From NCBI GenBank assembly GCA_963797555.1, contig CAWCPV010000014.1, positions 64,001-128,000 of the forward strand: DNA of 64,000 nt, in the 5' to 3' direction. The notes beneath the pieces are model-generated. The model saw only the letters and a list, made by a program, of their open reading frames with translations. It made no database searches and was not told where the DNA came from. The DNA comes from an uncultured Gammaproteobacteria bacterium (GTDB taxonomy: Bacteria > Pseudomonadota > Gammaproteobacteria > CAWCPV01). Each line of letters starts with the position of its first letter. The stretch's first letter is position 1. Made by a program: the position numbers and the translations under genes. This document shows positions 45,167-54,728 of this stretch, piece by piece.

Positions 45167-45229
45167 GTCGCACTCGACGCGGCCGTTGTGCCACACTGGT
45201 GCCGCCATCACGCACCGAGTTCCCGGGCC

Positions 45230-46921
45230 ATGTCCGAGTTGCGCTTCGATCGCTACTACCGTTACGAAGACCTCTCTCGTGTCTTGCATGCCTTGCCTGC
45301 ACAATACCCCGACCTGGTTCGCATCGAGAGCATCGGTCGCAGCTTCGAGGGGCGGGATCTGTGGCTGCTGACCCTGACTCGCTTCGACACGGGCGCCGAT
45401 GCGGACAAGCCTGCCCTGTGGGTGGACGGCAACATCCACGCCGCCGAGGTGGCCGCTTCCAGCGCTTGCCTGTATTTCCTGCATCGTCTGATCACGGGTT
45501 ACGGCAGCGACCCGGACATCACTCGTTGCCTGGATACACGGGTGTTCTACGTGTGTCCGCGAGCGAACCCGGACGGAGCGGAGTGGGCACTCGCCGATCG
45601 TCCGCGCTTGGTGCGCTCCAGCACGCGCCCGTATCCGTTCCCGGACCCTCTGCCCGGTGGAATGACGCCCGAGGACGTCGACGGCGACGGTCGCATCCTG
45701 TGGATGCGGATCGCCGACCCCAACGGTCCATGGAAGAAGTGCCCCGAGGAGCCGCGCCTCCTGGTCCGACGGGAGCCTGCCGAAACCGGTGGCGAGTACT
45801 ACCGGTTGCTCCCGGAGGGGCTCGTCGAACACTACGATGGTGCGATGATCCGTCTCAAGGATAGCGAGCAAGGCCTTGACTTGAATAGGAACTTCCCAGC
45901 TCAATGGCGTCTTGAGCAGGAGCAGAAAGGGGCGGGACCCTACCCGACCTCGGAGCCGGAGGTCAGAGCCTTGGTGGAGTCCATCTGCGCTCACCCGAAC
46001 ATTACCGGCGGCGTGTCTTTCCACACGTACAGCGGCGTCCTGCTGCGCCCCTACAGCGACCGCGACGACGATGCGTTCCCGGCCGAGGATCTCTGGACCT
46101 ACGAGAAGATCGCGCAGAAGGGGACGGCGGTCACCGGCTATCGCGCGGTCTCGTCTTTCCGGGAGTTCCGCTATCACCCTCGACAGGTGACTACCGGGGT
46201 TTTCGACGACTGGCTCTATGAGCACCGCGGCGTCTTCGGCTGGACGGTGGAGCTGTGGAGCCCTCAGCGGGAGGCGGGGATCGAGGGGTACCGTTTCATC
46301 GAATGGGACCGCGAGCACGCCGTCGAAGATGATCTGAAGCTGCTCCAGTGGAGCGACCGGACGCTCGGCGGCCGGGGCTATGTCGCGTGGTACCCGTTCG
46401 AGCACCCACAGCTCGGCCCGGTGGAGTTGGGGGGCTGGGATTACTTCCACGCGCTCCAGAACCCGCCCCCGGAACTCTTGGAGAAGGAGCTGAGGCCGTT
46501 CCCCGAGTGGTTGGTCTGGCACCTGCTCATCTCCCCGCGTCTCGAGCTGTGCGAGGTCTCCGCGGTCTCCTTGGGCGGGGACCTTTACCGGATACGTCTG
46601 GTGGTCCAGAACACGGGCTGGCTGCCCAGCTATGTGACCAAACGTGCCGTGGACAAGCGGTTGGTGCGGGGCGTGCGCTGCGCGATCGAGCTGCCCGAAG
46701 GCGCGCGTCTCACCATGGGGGAGCCGGTGCAGGAGCTGGGACAGCTAGAGGGCCGTGCCTACAAGCCATCCGCCCCGAGCGGGTGGATGGCGGGTACTTT
46801 CGATACTACCGACGATCGCGTCAAGGCCGAATGGGTGGTGTGCGCCCCGACCCGCGGCACGGTGCACCTCACTGCCCGCCAGGAGCGCGCCGGGACCGTG
46901 CGAACGGCACTCCCGCTGTAG
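45230..46921 (+). CDS. M14 zinc carboxypeptidase
   Basis: GNIHAAE, NPDG, DLNRNFP, SFHTYSG, TVEL. Confidence 0.92.
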   Translation: MSELRFDRYYRYEDLSRVLHALPAQYPDLVRIESIGRSFEGRDLWLLTLTRFDTGADADKPALWVDGNIHAAEVAASSACLYFLHRLITGYGSDPDITRCLDTRVFYVCPRANPDGAEWALADRPRLVRSSTRPYPFPDPLPGGMTPEDVDGDGRILWMRIADPNGPWKKCPEEPRLLVRREPAETGGEYYRLLPEGLVEHYDGAMIRLKDSEQGLDLNRNFPAQWRLEQEQKGAGPYPTSEPEVRALVESICAHPNITGGVSFHTYSGVLLRPYSDRDDDAFPAEDLWTYEKIAQKGTAVTGYRAVSSFREFRYHPRQVTTGVFDDWLYEHRGVFGWTVELWSPQREAGIEGYRFIEWDREHAVEDDLKLLQWSDRTLGGRGYVAWYPFEHPQLGPVELGGWDYFHALQNPPPELLEKELRPFPEWLVWHLLISPRLELCEVSAVSLGGDLYRIRLVVQNTGWLPSYVTKRAVDKRLVRGVRCAIELPEGARLTMGEPVQELGQLEGRAYKPSAPSGWMAGTFDTTDDRVKAEWVVCAPTRGTVHLTARQERAGTVRTALPL

Positions 46922-46968
46922 GGCGACCGTTCAACGCGGTGACTTCCCGAATGGTCAGACCGGCCGGC

Positions 46969-47844
46969 CTACTGGGGAACTACCCGTAGATCGATCTTCG
47001 GCATGACCGGCTCCTTGCCCTGACCCTTGAAGACGCCGCGCCGTGGCGCCGCGTCGTGGGAGTCGCGGCCGCAGGCAACGGCGATATAGCTGGCGTCGAT
47101 AGGCGCCCGACGCACCACATCGAAGCCTTGCCATCCGGTGCCGGGCACCAAGATCTCGGTCCACGCGTACAGTCCATAGCTGGAGGACTCACTGTCCCGG
47201 AGCGGCTCCGCGCGGTATCCGGTGACGTAACGGGCGGGGATGCCCCAGCCGCGAGCGATGCTGATCATCAGGTGCGCAAAGGCCTGGCAGTCCCCGGTCT
47301 TGTGCTGGAGCGCCGCCTCGAGGGCTGTCCCCTCGACTCCGAACTGGGGCACATACTGCATCTCGCCGGCGATCCATTGCATCCCCTGGTGGATCGCATC
47401 CGTCAGGGGCTGCGCCGGGTCGCGGCCGGGCACCGCGAAGTCCAATTCATGAGCGAGATTCGGCAGCAGCGGCGTGCTGGGACTGCGATAGTAAAGGTAA
47501 GCGAGCAGCCGCGGCTGCTCGCGGATGGTCTCGGCCAGCCACGCGTCCTCCATGGCGGGCGTCAGCGGGGTGCGCGCGGGCGGCTCGCCGTTGAGCGTCT
47601 GCACCTCGCTCGAGGTTTCGATCGTCACGTGCTCGTGGTGGGGCAGCAGACCGAAGCAATGGACGCGATTGCCGAAGGCGTCCTGCCAGCTCCACATCTC
47701 GTTCTCCGGCTGCATGTTGACCGTGGAACCGAGAAGGCGTTGCTGCCCGTCATCCCGCGGCACCATCCGCAGCTCGCAGTGGTGCTCGCGGACGGGGCCT
47801 TCGGCGAAGGTGACTTCCATGCGGTGTTCGATCAGATAGCGCAC
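46969..47844 (-). CDS. Transglutaminase-like protein with His-to-Tyr at the catalytic position
   Basis: DAFGN N-domain, GDCQAFAH, ARYVTGY, LYAWTE..GWQGFD. Confidence 0.9.
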   Translation of the reverse strand: MRYLIEHRMEVTFAEGPVREHHCELRMVPRDDGQQRLLGSTVNMQPENEMWSWQDAFGNRVHCFGLLPHHEHVTIETSSEVQTLNGEPPARTPLTPAMEDAWLAETIREQPRLLAYLYYRSPSTPLLPNLAHELDFAVPGRDPAQPLTDAIHQGMQWIAGEMQYVPQFGVEGTALEAALQHKTGDCQAFAHLMISIARGWGIPARYVTGYRAEPLRDSESSSYGLYAWTEILVPGTGWQGFDVVRRAPIDASYIAVACGRDSHDAAPRRGVFKGQGKEPVMPKIDLRVVPQ

Positions 47845-48806
47845 AGGGTTTCCTCCACGTGGGCCTCGAAGTACTCCGCCGCGAGCGCCGAGTGCACGGC
47901 CAGCACCCTTTCCAGGAACGCCTCCAGGAACTCATGCAGTCCTTGAGCGAACACTGTCTGGGGCGTGTTGCGGGTGAGTATGTCGGCAAGCCCCTGGAGG
48001 GCGCCTTGGCTCACGCTCTCCGGGCCGGGCTGTTCGATTTTTTGCACGGCACCGCTCAGGCGGTCGACGCAAAAACGCAGTGACCGCGGGAAGTCCGCAT
48101 CGAAGATGATGAACCCAGCGATATCCAGGGGTCTCAGCCCGCTCTGGTAACGGCGACGGAAGGCCTCGAACCCGGAGAGGCTCTTCAGGAGTGCCACCCA
48201 CTGATAGTAGTCCAGGGGTGAGCCCACCATGGACAGCTCGGGCAGCAGCAAATGGTACTTCACGTCCATGATGCGCGCGGTCATGTCCGTGCGCTCGAGG
48301 AAGGTCCCGAGGGTGTAGAAGCTGAATGCCTCCCCGCGCATCATGCTGCTCAGCGTGACGCCGTGGAAGCGGCCCACTTCGTCGCGCACCAGAGCGTAGA
48401 AGGGCGCCGCCCGTTCTGGAATGAGTGGCGTCTTGAGGCGCTCCGAGGCGGCGAGCCACAGCTCGTTCATCGCCTCCCACATTTCCTTGGAGATCCGGTC
48501 CCGCAGTACCCGCGCGTTCTCACGGGCCGAGCGCAGGCTGTTGCGGATGCTCCCCGGATTGGCCCGCTCCTGGGTGAGGAACTGAATCACCCGGTTCGCC
48601 GTGACCTCGCCGTCCGGATAGAGCTCGGCGTACGTCTCCTCCGACCCGGTGATGTTGAGCAGCGGCCGCCACTGGGCCTCTGCGGGGAGGGAGTCCTCGG
48701 CCTCCACCAAGTACAGGAGGTTGATCTGGAGCATGCGGGCGGTGTTGTCCGCACGCTCCAGGTAACGGGACATCCAGTGCAACGACTCGGCGATCCGGCT
48801 CAACAT
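47832..48806 (-). CDS. Alpha-E domain protein
   Basis: MLSRIAESLHWMSRYLERA, ARENAR, FLERTDMTAR, FPRS. Confidence 0.93.
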   Translation of the reverse strand: MLSRIAESLHWMSRYLERADNTARMLQINLLYLVEAEDSLPAEAQWRPLLNITGSEETYAELYPDGEVTANRVIQFLTQERANPGSIRNSLRSARENARVLRDRISKEMWEAMNELWLAASERLKTPLIPERAAPFYALVRDEVGRFHGVTLSSMMRGEAFSFYTLGTFLERTDMTARIMDVKYHLLLPELSMVGSPLDYYQWVALLKSLSGFEAFRRRYQSGLRPLDIAGFIIFDADFPRSLRFCVDRLSGAVQKIEQPGPESVSQGALQGLADILTRNTPQTVFAQGLHEFLEAFLERVLAVHSALAAEYFEAHVEETLCAI

Positions 48807-49017
48807 GGTTCGTGACTCGACTTGTGCCCAGTACCCCGCCGTCTATGCAAACGGGCGGTGCGATACGCTCCCATGGTCGGCACTCAGGGCTCGTGAAGAA
48901 ATCGTCGCTGCGCCATCACTACACTTCGGGAACACGCATGTGGCACGCTGATGTGTGGGGTCCGGTCGATCCGGCCGCAGGGTGACAAATCCCGGCCTGC
49001 GGATTTATTAGGCTCCC

Positions 49018-50463
49018 TCAGTCCATCAGCACCCACGTATCTTTGCTGCCGCCCCCCTGCGACGAGTTCACCACCAGCGACCCCTCGCGCAGCGCCACGC
49101 GGGTCAGTCCCCCGGGGACCACCTCGATGTCCTCGCCGTAGATAACGAAAGGCCGTAGGTCCACGTGGCGTGATTCTAGCTCGCCGTTCAGGTAGCAGCT
49201 GTGCACGGAGAAGTTCACCACCGGCTGGGCGATGTAGTTCCGCGGGTTCTTCTGGATGGCGTCGGAGAACTCGCCCCGTTGCTTCGGGGTGGAGGCGGGC
49301 CCCACCAGCATGCCGTAACCCCCGGACTCGTTCGCCGCTTTGACGACCATCCGCTCCAAGTTGTCCAGAACGAAGGCCTGCTCCTCCGGGTTGACCATCT
49401 CGTAAGTGGAGACGTTCTCGAGGATGGGCTCCTCCGCGAGGTAATAGCGGATCACGTCCGGCACATAGGGATAAACGGCCTTGTCGTCGGCGATGCCGGC
49501 CCCCGGTGCGTTCGCCAGAGCGACGTTGCCGGCGCGCCAGGCGTTGATGATCCCGCTGACGCCCAGAGACGAATCGCGGCGGAAGCAGAGCGGGTCGAGG
49601 AAGTCGTCGTCCACCCGCCGGTAGACCACGTCTACCCGCTGCAGGCCGCGCGTGGTCTTGGTGTAGACGGTGTTGTTCTTCACCACCAAGTCCCGGCCCT
49701 CGACCAGCTCGATGCCCATCTCCTTGGCCAGGAAGGTATGCTCGAAGTATGCGGAGTTGTAGATGCCGGGCGTGAGGACCACGACCTCGGCCTGCTCTCG
49801 CCCGCGCGGCGAGATGTGTCGCAGCGCCTGGAGAAGCAGCGCCGGGTAATGCTCCACCCGGCGCACGCGGTAGCGGGCGAAGAAGTTCGGCATGATGGAC
49901 CGCTCCAGCATGCGGTTCTCGATCATGTACGATACGCCCGAGGGGGTGCGCAGGTTGTCCTCCAGCACCACGTAGCGGCCTTGCTCGTCTCGGATGAGGT
50001 CGATCCCGCTGATGTGCGTGTAAACGTTTTGCGGGGGATCGATATCCATCAGCTCGAAGCGCAGATGCCTGCCCTGGTAAATGAGGTCGGCCGGAACCAC
50101 TCCGTCTCGGAGCACACGCTGCTCGTGATACAGATCCTTCAGGAACAAATTGAGCGCCCGCACCCGCTGCTTCAGCCCCGCCTCGATGGCGACCCATTCC
50201 TGGGCCGGGATGATGCGCGGGATGATGTCGAAGGGCCAGATGCGTTCGATGCCATCCTCCTGGTCGCCGTAGACGGTGAAGGTGACCCCCTCGCTGAGCA
50301 GGGCCAGATGCGCCTCCCTCACCTTTTCGGCGAGTGCGCTCTTGCCCGCCTTGCGGATATGCTCCCACAGCGGGAGATAGTGGGTGCGGGGCTCGAAGTC
50401 GTCCTGGAAGAACTCGTGGTAGGGGACGTCGTCCGCCTTTTCGCCGCTCTCCGGAACGTACAT
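49018..50463 (-). CDS. Circularly permuted ATP-grasp type 2 ligase
   Basis: LEDNLRTPSGVSY, NSAYFEH, YRRVDD, GGYGM, DLRPF, NSSQGGGSKDTWV. Confidence 0.95.
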   Translation of the reverse strand: MYVPESGEKADDVPYHEFFQDDFEPRTHYLPLWEHIRKAGKSALAEKVREAHLALLSEGVTFTVYGDQEDGIERIWPFDIIPRIIPAQEWVAIEAGLKQRVRALNLFLKDLYHEQRVLRDGVVPADLIYQGRHLRFELMDIDPPQNVYTHISGIDLIRDEQGRYVVLEDNLRTPSGVSYMIENRMLERSIMPNFFARYRVRRVEHYPALLLQALRHISPRGREQAEVVVLTPGIYNSAYFEHTFLAKEMGIELVEGRDLVVKNNTVYTKTTRGLQRVDVVYRRVDDDFLDPLCFRRDSSLGVSGIINAWRAGNVALANAPGAGIADDKAVYPYVPDVIRYYLAEEPILENVSTYEMVNPEEQAFVLDNLERMVVKAANESGGYGMLVGPASTPKQRGEFSDAIQKNPRNYIAQPVVNFSVHSCYLNGELESRHVDLRPFVIYGEDIEVVPGGLTRVALREGSLVVNSSQGGGSKDTWVLMD

Positions 50464-50495
50464 GCTGACTCCAGTGGATGGCCCGGCAGCACTGA

Positions 50496-50511
50496 TGCAA
50501 GGTTCGCTCCA
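50496..50511 (-). promoter_or_regulatory. Sigma-54 promoter of the CP-ATP-grasp operon
   Basis: Minus strand TGGAGCGAACCTTGCA (GG-N10-GC). Confidence 0.65.
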
Positions 50512-50688
50512 GGCACCGGCGCCAGACTCGGCAGGCCGGGCGCAGAGGGTGCACTATTCATTGTCGGCCCGGATGCCGGTGTGCTCGACAAGGTCCTGCG
50601 CTAGCTCCGCGAATCCGAGCGCCAGCCGTCTCCGGCGACGGCGCGGATTCAGGCTCCAGGGCCGTGCGTGCACCGGCGCCGGCCGGCT

Positions 50689-50705
50689 TGCACCAGCATG
50701 GGGCA
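50689..50705. promoter_or_regulatory. NtrC consensus site
   Basis: TGCACCAgcaTGGGGCA, one mismatch to TGCACCAnnnTGGTGCA. Confidence 0.65.
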
Positions 50706-50747
50706 GGCCGTATGGTGTTCGGGAGCGGGGTCGCTGCCGCGGACTCG

Positions 50748-50763
50748 TGGAATGGTTATTGCA
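50748..50763 (+). promoter_or_regulatory. Sigma-54 promoter of the DUF2126 gene
   Basis: TGGAATGGTTATTGCA (GG-N10-GC). Confidence 0.65.
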
Positions 50764-50815
50764 ACAGTCCGCCGTGGCCTCGCAGGCCCTCCGGGCGCAT
50801 GAGGAGCCCCAGCCC

Positions 50816-53800
50816 ATGGCGATTCTCGTCGCATTGAGCCACCAGACCCACTACCGCTACGACCGGCTGGTGACCCTGTCGCCGCACGTGATTCGGCTGC
50901 GCCCGGCCCCTCACAGCCGTACGCCGATCCACGCCTATTCGCTCAAAATCCGCCCGGAGAAGCACTTCATCAACTGGCAGCAGGACCCGTTCGGGAACTA
51001 CCTGGCGCGGCTGGTGTTCTTGGAGCGGACGCGGGAGCTCTTCGTCGAGGCGGAACGTCATCGCCGACATGACGGTAATCAACCCCTTCGACTTCTTCAT
51101 GGAGGAATACGCCGAGCACTATCCCTTCGACTACGAGCTGCAGCTCAAGAAGGAGCTCGTTCCGTATCTGGAGCTGAAGGAGAGCGGACCGCGGCTGCTG
51201 GAGTGGCTGTCGCGTGTGGACCGCTCGAAGAAGAACATCGTCTACTTCCTGGTCGATCTGAACCGGCGCCTGCAGCAGGACATCGGCTACATCATCCGTA
51301 TGGAGCCTGGCATCCAGACCTGCGAGAAGACCCTGGGACGCGGACTCGGCTCGTGCCGGGACACCGGCTGGCTGCTGGTGCAGATCCTCCGCCACCTGGG
51401 GCTCGCGGCGCGTTTCGTTTCCGGCTACCTGGTGCAGCTTACCGCGGACGTCAAGTCGCTGGACGGGCCGTCGGGGCCCGAGCAGGACTTCACCGACCTG
51501 CACGCCTGGGCCGAGGTCTATGTACCGGGCGCCGGCTGGGTGGGTCTGGACCCGACCTCGGGCCTGTTCGCGGGCGAGGGACACATCCCGCTGGCCTGCA
51601 CTCCCGATCCGGTGAGTGCGGCGCCTATTACCGGCTCCACCGACGATGCCGAGGTGGAATTCCATTTCACCAACCGGGTCACCCGCATCCACGAGGATCC
51701 GCGCGTCACCAAGCCCTACCGCGAGGATCAGTGGGCGACCATCGATGCATTGGGCCGGGCGGTGGACGCCGAGCTGTCCGCGCGCGACGTGCGCCTCACC
51801 ATGGGAGGCGAGCCCACCTTCGTCTCCATCGACGACATGGACGGTGCCGAGTGGAACATCGCCGCCCTGGGCGCCGCCAAGCGCGAGCTGGCGGGCGACC
51901 TGTTGCGGCGGCTGCGCGAGCGCTTCGCGCCCGGCGGCGTGCTGCAATACGGACAGGGCAAGTGGTATCCGGGGGAGCCTCTGCCCCGCTGGTCGCTGGG
52001 CTGCTTCTGGCGCGAGGACGGACAGCCGGTGTGGCGGGACCCGATGCGCATGGCCGACGAGCAGCGTGACTATGGCTACGGGCCGCACCACGCCGAGCAG
52101 TTCGTGCGGCAGCTCGCCAGGCGGCTCGGTTTGGGTGAGCGCTACATCGTTCCGGGGTACGAGGATCCGGTCTTCCACCTGTGGAAGGAGCAGCGGCTGC
52201 CGGCCAACGTCGACCCTCTGAAGAGCGACCTCAAGGACGCCGAGGAACGCCGCCGCCTCGCACGGCTGCTGGCCGGCGACCTGGGCAGCCCGGCAGGCTA
52301 CGCGCTGCCGCTGCGCGCCCGCCACGGCACCGACGCCGCGCGCTGGGAGAGCAGCTCCTGGACCTTCCGTCTCGGCACCATGTACCTGACGCCGGGCGAC
52401 TCTTCGATGGGCCTGCGGCTGCCGTTGGAGTCACTGCCCTGGGTCGCCCCCGAGAAGCGCGAGGTGCGGCCGGAGCGCTCCCTGTTCGAGCCGCTCCCGC
52501 CGCTCGGCGACTACTACGGGGAGGTCGCCCGCCGTTACAGCCAGCCGCTCGCAGAGCAAGGGACGCGCGGGGATATTCAGGAGCAGGTGGTCAACGGAGC
52601 GGGCGAGAACGGGGAGAACAACGAGCCCGCGGAGGTCCTGCACACGGCCCTGTGCGTCGAAGTGCGTGAGGGACGGCTGCATATCTTTCTGCCGCCCCAG
52701 ACCCACCTGGAGGACTACCTGGACTTGGTGGCCAGCATCGAGGCCACTGCCGCCGACCTCGACATGCCGGTGATGCTGGAGGGCTATGAGCCGCCCCGCG
52801 ATTGGCGATTGCTGCGTCTGCTGGTGACGCCGGACCCCGGGGTCATCGAGGTCAACATCCACCCGGCGCACAGTTGGGAGGAGTTGGTCGAGAACACCTC
52901 GGCTCTCTATGAAGAGGCCCGGCTGGCCCGGCTCGGCACGGAGAAGTTCATGCTCGACGGGCGCCACACGGGCACCGGTGGCGGTAACCACGTCACCATC
53001 GGCGGTGCCACGCCCGCCGACAGTCCCATCCTGCGGCGGCCGGACCTGCTGCGCTCGCTCATCACCTACTGGCAGCACCATCCGTCCCTTTCCTACCTGT
53101 TCTCGGGGCTGTTCATCGGCCCCACGAGCCAGGCGCCCCGAGTGGACGAGGCCCGCGACGAGAGCGTCTACGAGCTGGAGATCGCTTTCCAGCAGATGCC
53201 GGCGGGCGAGGTGCCCCAGCCGTGGCTGGTGGACCGCTTGCTGCGGCACTTGCTGGTCGACCTGACGGGCAATACGCATCGCGCCGAGTTCTGCATCGAC
53301 AAGCTCTACTCCCCCGATAGCCCGCCGGGGCGCCTCGGGCTTGTGGAGCTGCGCGCCTTCGAGATGCCTCCCCATGCCCGCATGAGTCTGATGCAGATGC
53401 TCCTGCTGCGGGCGCTCATCGCGTGGTTTTGGACGCAGCCTTACCGCCACCCGCTGGTCCGCTGGGGCACTGAGCTGCACGATCGCTTCATGCTGCCGCA
53501 CTACGTGTGGCGTGACCTGGAAGAGGTCACGTGCGATCTGCGGCGCGCCGGCTACCCGTTCCAGGCGGAGTGGTTCGCCCCCTTCCAGGAGTTCCGCTTC
53601 CCGCACTACGGCAAGGTCACCGTGCGGGACATCGAGCTGGCTCTGCGCATGGCGGTCGAGCCGTGGCATGTGCTCGGGGAGGAGGTGACCCGCGCCGGCA
53701 CTGCGCGATTCGTGGATTCCTCCGTGGAACGGCTGGAGGTCAAGGTGACGGGTCTTACCGACTCGCGCCACATAGTGGTGTGCAACGGCCGCCGCGTCCC

Positions 53801-54212
53801 GCTCCACAACACGGGGACTCAAGGGGAGTACATCGCCGGGGTGCGCTACCGGGCCTGGCAGCCTCCTTCCGGGCTGCATCCCACCATCCCGGTGCATTCG
53901 CCCCTCGTCTTCGACATCATCGACGGCTGGAGCGGGCGCGCCATCGGCGGCTGCACTTATCACGTGGCGCACCCGGGCGGGCGCCACTACGAGGACTTCC
54001 CGGTCAACGCCTATGAAGCCGAGTCACGGCGCATCACGCGTTTCTGGGGCTACGGGCATACTCCGGGGGTGCTGCAGCCGCCTCCGGAGGTGACGAGACT
54101 CTCCCAATTCTTTCCCGAAGGGCACCCGCCCGGGCCCATGCAGCCGCCGGCCGAGACACCCGACGCGGAGTACCCTTATACGCTCGATCTGCGCCGCCGT
54201 GCCGGCTGCTGA
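50816..54212 (+). CDS. Transglutaminase plus DUF2126 putative amidoligase, one frameshift near 51055
   Basis: IRLRPAPH..WQQDPFGN; GSCRD; LHAWAEV; LTMGGEPTFVS; TPDPGVIEVN; GTGGGNH; ELRAFEMPPH. Confidence 0.93.
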
Positions 54213-54728
54213 CCCCATCTCGCGTGGGGTGGCCGCAGTTCGATCCAGCCCATCGCCAGCCCTGCCGACCAGCGCGCAGGGCGGGTGGAGCGGCGCGTAA
54301 CCGATCGTCTACCCCTGTCAGGACGCCCTCCGAATTACCGGTGATCGCGGAAGCTTCGTACCTGGGGCAGCGCTTCTCCGGCATGGCGCCGGCCGGTCGA
54401 ACGTTTCGCCTGCTCACGTCGGAGGCCAGCCGCACGCCCCGCCCGACGCCGCTCGCCGCCCGAGCATGCCGTGTGCGTCCTGAGGAGGACCGGGTGCAAC
54501 ATGGGCAGTCTGTCCATTACAATTCGCTCCGACAGGGCCAGGTAGCCCAGATGGCGGACGGACCCGATGAGTCCTTCAGCGTGACGTTCGGCTCGGAATG
54601 TTCGGCAAGGATTGAACCGCCAGAAAGCGACGGCCGGCACGTACGGCACGCGGCACCCTGTTACGGTAGGGACGATGGGTGGCGCTGCGCTCCATCCATC
54701 CTGACGAGGTCCGCTACGAGGTCCACCC

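Noticed and set aside
51040-51070. Programmed frameshift in the DUF2126 gene
   Set aside because: No slippery sequence; isolated indels are common across this window and are best explained as sequencing errors
54213-54728. Sigma-54 promoter or structured RNA before the CP-ATP-grasp::alpha-E gene
   Set aside because: GGCAC motifs are present but none has GC at the required 10-nt spacing; no recognisable RNA motif
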